A stretch of 64,000 bases of DNA from an uncultured virus (IMG/VR IMGVR_UViG_3300029923_000016) (lineage: Duplodnaviria > Heunggongvirae > Uroviricota > Caudoviricetes), in IMG/VR virus record IMGVR_UViG_3300029923_000016, one strand, 5' to 3'. A program made the translations under genes and the position numbers. Every line of letters begins with the position of its first letter. Position 1 is the stretch's first letter. The notes beneath the pieces were generated by a model. That model saw only the letters and a program-made list of their open reading frames with translations, was not told the DNA's origin and did no database searches. Shown piece after piece: positions 1 to 8,836 of the stretch.

Positions 1-127
1 AACTTAGCTCCTCTTTACTCAAATCATCTGGCAAAAGACGACTCAATGCTTCCATAGCTTCGAGTTGATGCTTCTTCGTCCCCGTGCGTAACTGGACTAT
101 CCTTAGTTGGTCTTCGAGATACTGCCA
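1..127. repeat. 127-bp exact direct repeat, copy 1 (copy 2 at 4518..4644)
   Basis: Identical by eye from aacttagctc to gatactgcca in both Rha genes. Confidence 0.9.
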
Positions 128-388
128 CCTATCTACCAGCCGCGCCGTAAATGCGGGGGACATTTGTGCAACGAGTATATACGTATCACGCTTTGGGATT
201 CGGTACGCTTTGACCATAACCCCTTGATTGTTCTTAGTTTCCTCCAATGGAGGAAGCCCAATTATACTGCTTTGGACAAGCCTATATACGGACCGTTTTA
301 CATTATCATGTCGACAGCCCAATAACTCTGCAATTTCCAGAGATGTCATCGAATCTATTTTTAATAGTGACAGCATTACATTACTCAT
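1..388 (-). CDS. Rha-family phage regulatory protein (partial, runs off left edge)
   Basis: Translated by hand from ATG at 388: MSNVMLSLLKIDSMTSLEIAELLGCRHDNVKRS...PAFTARLVDRWQYLE. The MTSLEIAEL..RHDNV and DRWQ.LE motifs are typical of Rha; paralogue of 4270..4908. Confidence 0.85.
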   Translation of the reverse strand, partial: MSNVMLSLLKIDSMTSLEIAELLGCRHDNVKRSVYRLVQSSIIGLPPLEETKNNQGVMVKAYRIPKRDTYILVAQMSPAFTARLVDRWQYLEDQLRIVQLRTGTKKHQLEAMEALSRLLPDDLSKEELS

Positions 389-460
389 CTTAGTTTCCTA
401 TTTTTCATTTAAGGGGTGCCCTTCTCCGCACACCGGGCCAGTGTTGAAAAACCTGAATTA
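389..460 (-). promoter_or_regulatory. Structured 5' leader of Rha gene 1 (homologous to 4909..4985)
   Basis: TTTTTCA/TGAAAAA outer pairing, GCCC/GGGC stem, GGT/ACC possible pseudoknot, AGGA RBS. Confidence 0.5.
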
Positions 461-478
461 TAAGGCTGCGAAAACTTA

Positions 479-901
479 TTATATCTCAATCTCGAAAACG
501 TCTGCCACCTTCTTATACCCGAAATCATTCGTCAATAACTTCTTACTCCAGCCAAACCGGGCTTGGGCTTCGATGCCGTCGTACTGCATCCCCTTAGCAT
601 AGAACCGTAATAGATTGAGTAACGGTACACCCCACGGCTCCATGGGCTCAACGCCACCAACAAAGGCAACATTGAGTAGTATCTTGCGCGGGTAAATCAC
701 CGGATTAACCACCGCCGCGCCGAGTATGGCGCCTTCTTCATAAACCACAAACAAGTGGTACTCGTACTGCGTCAGTAAATCATGGATGTCTTCTACTGCG
801 TACCGACCCAAAGATTTGTCTGCCGCTTTACTAAGGTGTGGCTCAACTTGCTCCCAGAATAGCGGCAGCATAGCCAACGGGACTAGGGAGGCTTCAGGCA
901 T
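479..901 (-). CDS. Hypothetical protein (possibly GNAT-like fold)
   Basis: 140-aa ORF coupled to the endolysin; ends IEAQARFGWSKKL...GYKK, acetyltransferase-like pattern. Confidence 0.6.
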   Translation of the reverse strand: MPEASLVPLAMLPLFWEQVEPHLSKAADKSLGRYAVEDIHDLLTQYEYHLFVVYEEGAILGAAVVNPVIYPRKILLNVAFVGGVEPMEPWGVPLLNLLRFYAKGMQYDGIEAQARFGWSKKLLTNDFGYKKVADVFEIEI

Positions 902-1310
902 TATAGTGCTTGCCGGCTCTAAAGTCCGCTAGCGTCATACCTTGGGTTCGCTGAAAATGACAATATTCGCGGAACTTTGGCCAATCGCCTGCCCATTCCA
1001 AGCCTAATGATTTGCCAATATCACCGCAGCGTCGGAATAGAGCAATACTGTTCCACTGCGCTTTGCCATTGACGATAGGGACGATATCGAATGCAACCCC
1101 AAAGTTGTGGAACGAATAGCCACCGCGTGCGTTGGTTACAATGGCGCCGGGCTTAGTACGCCCTTGTGCATACAGTGCGTCTTGCTCCTGTATCGAGCGA
1201 TATGTGCTGGTGATGAGAATCTCAATGCCTTGTTCTTTACACTTTGCTACAAACTTACGACACAAGCTAGCCACTTCGGGGTGTAAATCATTGATGTCCC
1301 GGCTGCTCAT
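894..1310 (-). CDS. Endolysin, peptidase M15 family (L-Ala-D-Glu peptidase, CwlK-like)
   Basis: YRS..EQDALYAQGRT, SFHNFGVAFD and EYCHFQ zinc motifs. Confidence 0.92.
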   Translation of the reverse strand: MSSRDINDLHPEVASLCRKFVAKCKEQGIEILITSTYRSIQEQDALYAQGRTKPGAIVTNARGGYSFHNFGVAFDIVPIVNGKAQWNSIALFRRCGDIGKSLGLEWAGDWPKFREYCHFQRTQGMTLADFRAGKHYNA

Positions 1311-1353
1311 GCTGGCAATGCCCGGTATGCTTTACATTTATGTTGCTTATACT

Positions 1354-2139
1354 TTACCATTTATTAGCCTTTCTAAAATTTAATAGGGCGGGGATAACCT
1401 GTAAATTCATAGGCACGTGGAGCCCCGATACTTTCCTACCTTGTAGTGGGATGATGTGGTCTACATTCCATTGTATCCCAGTTAGGCGGGTTCGTAATTC
1501 TGAAAGTATGTATATCTCTTCCATTAACCATATATCAGTGGGGGATAGCCAAGAAGGGGTACGATGCATCTTCGCAATTTTCCGTTTCATACCTATCGCT
1601 TGAACTTTACCGGGGTTATTCTTCGTCCACCTTGTCTTACAAAACCTAGTGTTAGGATGGTCGGGATTTTCTTGCCTCCACTTAACCGAACGAGCTATAG
1701 CTTTTTCTAACCGAACTTTGCGCTGCTCTGAGGTTTCTACTGTTCGCGCCAACCTAGCTCTTTCTGCTATTAGGGGTAGTTTATGTGCATTCTCTCGTAC
1801 CTTGCGTGCGTTATAGGCTTCCCTATTAGCCGCAACCCGCGCATTTTCCTTTAATCGAGCACACTCCACACAGCCCCCACTAGCAGAATACCGCAAACTA
1901 TGTCCTCTATTACAAGGTACATCAGGGATATAATAAAGCCCCTCTCCTTGATACGCTTCTTTGACCCTCGCCGCACGGTCTTTATCATGTTTTGATTTAC
2001 ATCCAACACAATATCCTGTTGCTGCATACCTAAGGTTATGCCCCCTTAAGCACGGTCTGCCCGGAATATAGTGGCTTTCCCCCTTCTCTTTAGCCGCTTG
2101 CCTGTTAAGTGTAGAGATTTTCTTTGCGCTTAATTTCAT
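1354..2139 (-). CDS. HNH homing endonuclease with Cys/His-rich N-terminal repeats
   Basis: VDHIIPLQGRKVSGLHVPMNLQVI...N..K.N; two PC.RGH...C..C repeats. Confidence 0.88.
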   Translation of the reverse strand: MKLSAKKISTLNRQAAKEKGESHYIPGRPCLRGHNLRYAATGYCVGCKSKHDKDRAARVKEAYQGEGLYYIPDVPCNRGHSLRYSASGGCVECARLKENARVAANREAYNARKVRENAHKLPLIAERARLARTVETSEQRKVRLEKAIARSVKWRQENPDHPNTRFCKTRWTKNNPGKVQAIGMKRKIAKMHRTPSWLSPTDIWLMEEIYILSELRTRLTGIQWNVDHIIPLQGRKVSGLHVPMNLQVIPALLNFRKANKW

Positions 2140-2172
2140 TTTAATGCCTCATTAAAATATGCCTGGATTAAA

Positions 2173-2220
2173 TGTGGCGAGCGTCAGGCTAACGCTGTTC
2201 GACCGCTAAGTCTAGCCACA
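2173..2220 (-). ncRNA. Three-way-junction leader RNA upstream of HNH gene (C4-antisense-like)
   Basis: TGTGGCTAGA...TCGAA...TCGCCACA, shared with 44491..44538; TATAAT just upstream on the - strand. Confidence 0.5.
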
Positions 2221-2231
2221 CACGAATTATA

Positions 2232-3587
2232 CTACACAGGGAGCGCCTTGTATGCCTTAATGTCTCTGGCGATATTGCCGCGACCTATTGATTTTTTACG
2301 GCTGCGTTGGATATCATTCACCATCTTGTCAAGGCGTTTAGCCCCGGCATCACTGGACCCATTCCCAAGAGCTGAGACCGCATTTGCCGGTATGATAAAC
2401 TCACCACTTGCAATAGCCGCCGGACGACGCCCATCAATAATGGCTTCTATACCGTCTGAGACCCCGTCCCCCTCACCGGACACCATGCGTCCGCGCGCGT
2501 AGCCATCGCCATGCCCCTCAACCATGCGTCCGCGTGCATAACCGGCTATGCCTTGTTGCTGTGGGGGTGCCTGTGGCAACGGCTGCGCTTGCAACGGCGC
2601 CATAGCTTGTGCCTGAGGCGGGGGTGCTTGCTGAGTCTGTGCCTGCTGCGCTTGTTGTAAACCCGCCGCATAGAATTTATTGACCGGCCCGCCTTCGGCA
2701 TAGCCTAGCTTGGGCTTATAGGCCGTGGGTCGTGACGGCTGGTAGTTGGGGGATATGCCCCACGCTGACGTTGGTTGCTGCGGTTGGGGGGTAGTATCAT
2801 ACCCTCCCCCATTATTTTGGGTAAGGGCATTAATACCTTGTCCGACGAAGCCAATCGCCTGCAACGGGTTCTCGCCAGCCCAGTTCATAACTTTATCAGG
2901 CATGCCTTTTAGACCGGTAGTAAAGTGGGATAAGCCTTTTTCAAATGAGGACATGCCGGCTTCTTTAGCGGCTTGCTCTGAGGCTACCCGCGCCATTTGC
3001 TCTTGGGCTATACCCGTGGCTGAGGTTGCATCGGGCACCAACCCGGATCCGCCTGCGACACCTTCAAGCCCTATCTTACCTATGCCCTCAGTAGCGCCAC
3101 GCGATAAGGCTTGCTGGCCCATCTGCGTCGTACCTTGTGTGAATCCTGGGAGTGTTGCAGAACCCGGCGCCTGCACCGCGCCAGCAATACCCATTTGATT
3201 TCCGCCTTGTGCGACGGCTTGTTGTGCTGCTGTAGAAAGTTCCGGTGTAATAGCACTACTGGCTGTTGTGCCTGCAGCGCCACCTGCCCCGCCTGTCCCT
3301 GCGCCTGCTGCAGCCCCTCCGGCAGCACCAATGCCACTGGCTACGCCGCCGGTTAAAGCACCGCCACCAGCGCCTATTAGCGCACCTTTTAAAACATTAC
3401 CCCCGGATAACGCCGAGCTGGCACCCCCAATAACGGCACCTGTTCCTGCGCCAATTAATGCCCCGGTCGCAATGGTCATCGCCGTCGCGCCGGTGACAAA
3501 CACATAGCAGCCACGGGCTTCTAAATCAGGGGAGTTGCTTCGGAATTTCATGGTCTTGCTCCAACAAAAAGATTTCATACTCATCAA
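2232..3587 (-). CDS. Putative DNA-ejection/internal virion protein (start probably 3551)
   Basis: Gly/Ala-rich hydrophobic N-terminus, Q/P-rich linker, C-terminal GDGVSDGI...GEFIIPA..VS.LGNGSSDAGA motif seen in virion proteins of this phage type. Confidence 0.65.
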   Translation of the reverse strand: MMSMKSFCWSKTMKFRSNSPDLEARGCYVFVTGATAMTIATGALIGAGTGAVIGGASSALSGGNVLKGALIGAGGGALTGGVASGIGAAGGAAAGAGTGGAGGAAGTTASSAITPELSTAAQQAVAQGGNQMGIAGAVQAPGSATLPGFTQGTTQMGQQALSRGATEGIGKIGLEGVAGGSGLVPDATSATGIAQEQMARVASEQAAKEAGMSSFEKGLSHFTTGLKGMPDKVMNWAGENPLQAIGFVGQGINALTQNNGGGYDTTPQPQQPTSAWGISPNYQPSRPTAYKPKLGYAEGGPVNKFYAAGLQQAQQAQTQQAPPPQAQAMAPLQAQPLPQAPPQQQGIAGYARGRMVEGHGDGYARGRMVSGEGDGVSDGIEAIIDGRRPAAIASGEFIIPANAVSALGNGSSDAGAKRLDKMVNDIQRSRKKSIGRGNIARDIKAYKALPV

Positions 3588-3966
3588 ACGTGTCGCATGT
3601 AAGAACAGCTTCCATCTCGGCAGGGTCGGTGATATCGGTACTTAGTATATTCGCAAACACGCAGTCTGTCTCGGCATAGCCCAGCCTTTTTGCGCCTGCT
3701 TTGCCCATCCCCACCCAGGGTGCGGTAATGATAAAAGCATGCTCGTCATCCGCCAGTCGTAGTGTACCTTCCAACAAGACGGCAATATGCGCATGCTTGT
3801 GTATTTTCCCTGTAAGCGACGTGCCCGCTTTTAAGCGCATCACCCGAAAACACACGCCAGGAAGGTAGTAATGCTCCAGTGGACAGTCCACTTGCGGCAG
3901 CGTTCTGATAAGCGCGCAAAGCCGCAGTATCTCCGGCATGTTGCCGATTTCAGCTAAGTGGCTCAT
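3526..3966 (-). CDS. Cupin-like hypothetical protein
   Basis: LTGKIHKHAH...G.KR.GYA.TD pattern; sits in the structural operon. Confidence 0.6.
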   Translation of the reverse strand: MSHLAEIGNMPEILRLCALIRTLPQVDCPLEHYYLPGVCFRVMRLKAGTSLTGKIHKHAHIAVLLEGTLRLADDEHAFIITAPWVGMGKAGAKRLGYAETDCVFANILSTDITDPAEMEAVLTCDTFDEYEIFLLEQDHEIPKQLP

Positions 3967-4268
3967 ACTTTTATCTTTATCACGTTGCCCGCCGTGGTGT
4001 CGTAATACAAATCACCCACCCGTAATTTAGCGAGGTCCGCTTGCGTAGGCAGGCTAACTTCCTGGACATTGGCATCATTTAGAATACTAAAATTCATCGC
4101 GCTGAGTATCTTGCCCTGATTATAATTGGTCGACGCCTGACAGATGCCGGGATTATCTAATTCTGCGAAATACAAGCGCAGGATTTTCAATAAGTCGTCA
4201 AAGAACTGCCGGTCATACTGCGGCGGTGCTAAGGGGAGATTTGGGGATTTGGTCGTTCCGGTACTAAT
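3963..4268 (-). CDS. Small virion-associated protein, probable non-canonical ATT start
   Basis: Frame is open from ATT at 4268 (ISTGTTKSPNLPLAPPQYD...) with a GGGGGT RBS-like run; in-frame TAG at 4281-4283; ORF track calls only TTG at 4190. Confidence 0.55.
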   Translation of the reverse strand: MSTGTTKSPNLPLAPPQYDRQFFDDLLKILRLYFAELDNPGICQASTNYNQGKILSAMNFSILNDANVQEVSLPTQADLAKLRVGDLYYDTTAGNVIKIKV

Positions 4269-4269
4269 A

Positions 4270-4908
4270 TCACACCCCCACTAACTTAAGATTGCCCTTA
4301 ACGGAGGTATCTTCTATCCGCTTGGGCTGATACTTGTCATAAAGCAACTCCTTTACTTTACCATTATCTTCAAGCACTTCATATAGCTTGAGGTAATCAT
4401 CCAGTACCTTCCCGCGTACCTCTATCATATCGTCAGACATCTCATCTTTCTTAAGCATCTTAGGGAAGCCAAACAGATTGCTCACAGCCTTGTTTACTAC
4501 CGTATTAGCTTTGATGTAACTTAGCTCCTCTTTACTCAAATCATCTGGCAAAAGACGACTCAATGCTTCCATAGCTTCGAGTTGATGCTTCTTCGTCCCC
4601 GTGCGTAACTGGACTATCCTTAGTTGGTCTTCGAGATACTGCCAGCGGTCGATAATAGCAAGGCGATACTTAGCGTTGTACCCTGATACCAATAAATCGC
4701 ACTCCCTTCGTGGCAAGTGGTAACAGCGTTGTTGACGATTATTCTCTCCAAAATAGTAGCCCTCAAATTTGAGGACATCTATTTCTACTTCTGCTAAGAC
4801 TTTTTCAATATCTCGAAGTACATTGTCGTGCCGTTTTCCTGTCAACTCCGCAATAGTCAGAGAGGACATCGTTTCAATTTTTAGTAGTGCTAACATTGCG
4901 CTGTTCAT
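4270..4908 (-). CDS. Rha-family phage regulatory protein
   Basis: MSSLTIAELTGKRHDNVLRDIE...LPRRECDLLVSGYNAKYRLAIIDRWQYLE. Confidence 0.9.
   Translation of the reverse strand: MNSAMLALLKIETMSSLTIAELTGKRHDNVLRDIEKVLAEVEIDVLKFEGYYFGENNRQQRCYHLPRRECDLLVSGYNAKYRLAIIDRWQYLEDQLRIVQLRTGTKKHQLEAMEALSRLLPDDLSKEELSYIKANTVVNKAVSNLFGFPKMLKKDEMSDDMIEVRGKVLDDYLKLYEVLEDNGKVKELLYDKYQPKRIEDTSVKGNLKLVGV
4518..4644. repeat. 127-bp exact direct repeat, copy 2
   Basis: Identical to 1..127. Confidence 0.9.
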
Positions 4909-4985
4909 TTTAGTTTCCTATATTCAGTTAAGGGATTGGTGCCGTCTATATTGTACACCGACGGCGAGTGCTGAATACCTGATAA
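4909..4985 (-). promoter_or_regulatory. Structured 5' leader of Rha gene 2
   Basis: TATTCAG/CTGAATA outer pairing, GCCGTC/GACGGC stem, GGT/ACC possible pseudoknot. Confidence 0.5.
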
Positions 4986-5057
4986 AAGGTCACAATTCTA
5001 TTAAGATGCATCCAAATTTGGAGGCTACTATTAAGTTCTTGATTTTAAACATAAAAC

Positions 5058-6968
5058 TCAGCGCCTGCCATCAAGGCGCGTATCTATCGACACACGACCT
5101 ATCGTCCAACTCACGCCTAAAGTATCACTTGAAACTTTAAACGCCATCTGCCGCCCTCGCAGCCGTGTGAACACTTCCTCGGTAAACTCTTGCACCAAGT
5201 AGACCGGAGGATTGGGTGGTGTATAGTTCTGTGTACTAATGACCTCGGGGTTGTCGGCGGTGCCGTACGGGCTGCCGGGAAACTGTCGGGGCTTGACCTC
5301 CATGTTGACGCTCGGCGCATTGACCGTCGACCCATTAAAACTGACGTCCGGGATTATCCGCCAGCAAAAGCCAAAGGTGTGGCCGTCCTCAATATCAAAA
5401 TCCGCCGATTGTACGAACGCTTCAATGGGCACCGGCTCAAGACCACTGCCGTCATCATAGCCGACTTCATGGTAGAGCATCAGGCCATTGTAGTCCGCTG
5501 CCATCGGGTATTGCCGGATACCGGAGTCCAACCACGCCGTGCGCGCCATACGGCCACACACCCAGCAATTCTCCAGATAGTTGTAAATCACATACTTATC
5601 AATCGTGGTCGAGTGCTTGGAGCAGTAGAACCACCAGATTTCATTAAAGCCCGGGTTGAGACCTGCGAATATCTGGAACGACTGCTCAAGATTAATATCA
5701 TCGTAAACATACTGTTTCAACGTGCTTGGCAGCGTCTCGACACGGCCCGTGTAAACAAAGAATTTCTCCCGCCCCATCCAGTAGGTGGCGTTATTAACGG
5801 TAATCATCGCGTTGGGCGAGATAAGGCTGATATTGTCCATCAAGACATTAAAGCCCCATACATAGGAGGTGCCCAGATACTGCATGGAGTACAACGCCGT
5901 GTCTGTCCATACCAGGATTTCCTGACGGGTGATTTGCGCGGCGATAATGGTTGAGCCATGGGAAAGCCGGAACTCGCCGGCCTGATTGGTAATGGACGGC
6001 ACCCACTGGTACGGGTTGGACTGGTCAGACCAGCGCACCATCATCGGATCAAACGCACTTGTTGGCGTGCCCGGTACATAGCCATTGGCGCCAAAGGCAA
6101 TGACAAAACGCTGGATAGCGGAGGCCATCACTTGTAGGGTCTGATTCGGGACATACGGACCTAGGGCACCGTCATACGCAGTCGCCAAGGCTTGTAAAGA
6201 TTGCGCTCGCGCGGTGACGCCCAAGCTGTCTTGCCAGTAGTAAATTGCGCCGTTACGTTGGGCAATCACCAAGTCCTGACCAAAGTTATCGTTAGTCCAT
6301 AGACCTAATTGTGTGCCGACGGTAAATGACGTACCGGAGCCCCAGGCACCGCGTCCCCAACTGCCCGCACCCCAGCCATTGCCGTAGGTGTAGGTGGCGG
6401 AGAACGGGTTAATCTGAAATACAGCAGTGATAGCATTACCGCCGCCGCTGACTACTGAGGAGGTCGCCAACACGCCGGTGTCAAACGTAAATGTATTGAT
6501 GTCAAGAACCGTGACTTGATACTCGGCATTGAGCGTCGCTGCCGGGATACCGCCTATAGCTGCCGCGCCGGAAAAGGTCACGAAGGCCTCTGTCGTTGCG
6601 CCATGGGTCGGGATAGTCGCTGTGACAAGCGAACTGTTGACCGTTGTCGAAAAGCAGGAATTGGTCACAGGCGTTGTAAACGTCGCCCGAATCGGCGTGA
6701 TGTCGTAATAGACACCGCCCATCTCAATATAGTATTTTAGATTGGTGCCGAGCCCCAAATAATTGGAACCGTCGAAATCAATCCAGTTCCAGAGCGTACG
6801 GCAGACGCCTAGATAAGTCTCCGAGGACAGACGTATCCAACCGCCTATTTTCTCAGGGTTGCCGGAGCGAAAGCGCACCTTGTCGCCGTCCCACCACTGC
6901 CCTTCTGCCGCCAGTGTCGTACTTTCTCTAAAAAAACCAGAGCCTAATTTGATGGCCTTGAGGGTCAT
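5058..6968 (-). CDS. Tail tubular B / packaged-DNA stabilisation protein (P22 gp10-like)
   Basis: 636 aa, beta-propeller-like composition, MMVRWSDQ motif, FNEIWWFY, C-terminal RLRGRQ...DGRR. Confidence 0.75.
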   Translation of the reverse strand: MTLKAIKLGSGFFRESTTLAAEGQWWDGDKVRFRSGNPEKIGGWIRLSSETYLGVCRTLWNWIDFDGSNYLGLGTNLKYYIEMGGVYYDITPIRATFTTPVTNSCFSTTVNSSLVTATIPTHGATTEAFVTFSGAAAIGGIPAATLNAEYQVTVLDINTFTFDTGVLATSSVVSGGGNAITAVFQINPFSATYTYGNGWGAGSWGRGAWGSGTSFTVGTQLGLWTNDNFGQDLVIAQRNGAIYYWQDSLGVTARAQSLQALATAYDGALGPYVPNQTLQVMASAIQRFVIAFGANGYVPGTPTSAFDPMMVRWSDQSNPYQWVPSITNQAGEFRLSHGSTIIAAQITRQEILVWTDTALYSMQYLGTSYVWGFNVLMDNISLISPNAMITVNNATYWMGREKFFVYTGRVETLPSTLKQYVYDDINLEQSFQIFAGLNPGFNEIWWFYCSKHSTTIDKYVIYNYLENCWVCGRMARTAWLDSGIRQYPMAADYNGLMLYHEVGYDDGSGLEPVPIEAFVQSADFDIEDGHTFGFCWRIIPDVSFNGSTVNAPSVNMEVKPRQFPGSPYGTADNPEVISTQNYTPPNPPVYLVQEFTEEVFTRLRGRQMAFKVSSDTLGVSWTIGRVSIDTRLDGRR

Positions 6969-7931
6969 TTAAGTCGCCGCAAAATAGGTGATACTAATAT
7001 TAAACCCGGACGTTGTACTTGGCGCAGGGCCACCCGTAAAAAAGTTTAAGTTACTGCCCGCAACATAGACTCCATATATTCCAGGGCTACCCAGCACAGT
7101 ACCGCTCGAAGAGCCAATTGCGGCAAAGGGTAAGGGTATAACTGAAAAGCTTGATATTTGTACGGATGTTGCCCCACGCAATAACATATTTAAGGTAACT
7201 TGCCTGCCAATTTTTGTATAGAGAAAAGAGGACGTGTTCGCTCCAACAAAGGTAATAGAGGCGCCTATAGTTGGCGTCCAGCTCCCCTCTTGGTAATCAT
7301 CCAGCGTATTAACATCCGTGCTGGCAACCTGTGTAGCAGGGAAGCCTACTTGCCCGCCCCGTAGGGCTAAGGTGCCGACGCCGGCGGTAACATTGGAAGA
7401 GGCCCCGGTGAACTTAACCAACCCTGTCGCAGCGATGGTATTAAAGGTAGGGGTGGTTGACGTCGAGACAGCAGTAGCATCGCCTACTGTCGCTATCGTA
7501 ATATTGGTGCCTGCCGTCACACTGGTGTTATTGAGCGCCTGAACGAAATTCACGGTATCACAATAGACCAGCACCGTTGCGCCGGCTTTAACAGAGACAG
7601 CACTGCCCGTTGCTCCACGAATACGGATATCAAAACCCCCCGTCGTCGCATTGCGGACAATATAGGTCTTCTCGACGAGCGGCGCAATGATGTCAAAAAT
7701 AGCGGCGGGTGTGCCCGTCGCCACCAATACCGCATTACGCGCCTGATTACTGATGCCGTCCGAATTAGTCAGCGTGACATTGGCTGTTGATATCACAATC
7801 GCCTGCACGCCGGTGATAGCCTGCTCTATCAAGGTGCCGAGATTGGTGTTGGTCAACGTGCCCCAGGTGCCGGTGTTCTCCCCCGTACCTAATAACGCTA
7901 TTTTTAAACTTGGGGAGTAGGAGGTTGCCAT
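6969..7931 (-). CDS. Tail fibre-like structural protein
   Basis: N-terminus TGENTGTWGTLTNTNLGTLIEQAI; LDDYQEGSWTPT...YTKIGRQV module common in fibres. Confidence 0.7.
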   Translation of the reverse strand: MATSYSPSLKIALLGTGENTGTWGTLTNTNLGTLIEQAITGVQAIVISTANVTLTNSDGISNQARNAVLVATGTPAAIFDIIAPLVEKTYIVRNATTGGFDIRIRGATGSAVSVKAGATVLVYCDTVNFVQALNNTSVTAGTNITIATVGDATAVSTSTTPTFNTIAATGLVKFTGASSNVTAGVGTLALRGGQVGFPATQVASTDVNTLDDYQEGSWTPTIGASITFVGANTSSFLYTKIGRQVTLNMLLRGATSVQISSFSVIPLPFAAIGSSSGTVLGSPGIYGVYVAGSNLNFFTGGPAPSTTSGFNISITYFAAT

Positions 7932-7953
7932 GCTAATTATCCTGTGGTATTAT
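7925..7953 (+). promoter_or_regulatory. Sigma70-like promoter for guide array 1
   Basis: TTGCCA-17 bp-TATTAT with extended TG. Confidence 0.7.
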
Positions 7954-7959
7954 ATTGTT

Positions 7960-8057
7960 TCGATGCGGTGCGATGCTATGCGTTGCGTTGCGCAGCATTG
8001 CGAAGCAAAGGTTACTTTAAAGTATCTAATCAAGCCTCGGTAAAACGAGGCTTTTTT
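7960..8057 (+). ncRNA. Putative non-contiguous guide RNA, array 1: (GCNNW)x9, palindrome, terminator
   Basis: GCGGT GCGAT GCTAT GCGTT GCGTT GCGCA GCATT GCGAA GCAAA at 7965-8009; TACTTTAAAGTA; terminal hairpin. Antisense to the late operon. Confidence 0.8.
8032..8057 (+). terminator. Rho-independent terminator
   Basis: AAGCCTCG-gtaaaa-CGAGGCTT followed by a T-run. Confidence 0.8.
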
Positions 8058-8064
8058 ATGCCCC

Positions 8065-8193
8065 CTATTGCGAGTCGTCTATAATAGCCCAATCGACCGT
8101 TTGGCTGTTGTCTATCAACTCCCAGACTTGGGTCAGTCGTTCGTTAGGGTCTTGTGAAAAAGCCAGTTCTGAATAAGCACTATTCCCGTACAC
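8065..8193 (-). CDS. Small virion-associated protein (42 aa, below ORF-track cutoff)
   Basis: GTG start with GGAGG RBS: MYGNSAYSELAFSQ...WELIDNSQTVDWAIIDDSQ. Confidence 0.6.
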   Translation of the reverse strand: MYGNSAYSELAFSQDPNERLTQVWELIDNSQTVDWAIIDDSQ

Positions 8194-8836
8194 GGTTTGC
8201 CTCCAGGTACTCCATAAAATTGGCGGTAAAGGTCTTGGTGCCGGTATGCGTGCACTGCAGGTACGGGTCCAACCAGACCTTACCGCCCAAATCCCGCCAC
8301 TTATGACAAAAGATATTATCCTCCGAAACCAGCTGCCCGTCGATAATCTTTATATCAAAGACCATACGGCCTACCGGCCCTTCATTTTGGTACTCTTCGC
8401 TGATGGTCCACAGGTTCTGCAGGGCTTGTTGGGTGATACGCAGAATGCCCGTACCGACACACTCTACCTCCATCACCCCGTCAATAATCTCTAAAGATGC
8501 GCCCGGCAGTACCTTGACATTGAACGCCGGATTGTCGCATTTCTTAGGTACCACGCCGCCGACGACCTGCACGGGGTGGCGGAGTAATCTAAAGAAGGCC
8601 TCAGGCTCCCAGCCAATATCCGCGTCGATAAACACCAAATCATCTACATTAGCGCTAATGGCCTGTTTAACAATGTCATTGCGTGCCCGCTGTACCAGCG
8701 CGTCATAGCAAATGAATAACGGGAAAATCTCGATGTCCTGCTTCGGTGCTTCTTTAAGCGTGCGCAAGAGTGCGTCAACATAGTGCGCAGTCAGCGTGCC
8801 GTCATAGGTCGGCGTGCCAATCAGGACACGCCTCAT
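8180..8836 (-). CDS. GT-A-fold glycosyltransferase-like protein
   Basis: ARNDIV...FIDAD (DxD motif), SEDNIFC..WR.LGGKVWLD...H.G. Confidence 0.8.
   Translation of the reverse strand: MRRVLIGTPTYDGTLTAHYVDALLRTLKEAPKQDIEIFPLFICYDALVQRARNDIVKQAISANVDDLVFIDADIGWEPEAFFRLLRHPVQVVGGVVPKKCDNPAFNVKVLPGASLEIIDGVMEVECVGTGILRITQQALQNLWTISEEYQNEGPVGRMVFDIKIIDGQLVSEDNIFCHKWRDLGGKVWLDPYLQCTHTGTKTFTANFMEYLEANRVRE

Noticed and set aside
2480..2545. Tandem duplication encoding GYARGRMV twice
   Set aside because: Real, but a short in-frame duplication with no wider significance evident.
7965..8009. Pentamer arrays as simple microsatellites
   Set aside because: Slippage would homogenise the units; here NN is diverse while GC and W are invariant in all 65 units, and NN matches neighbouring genes.
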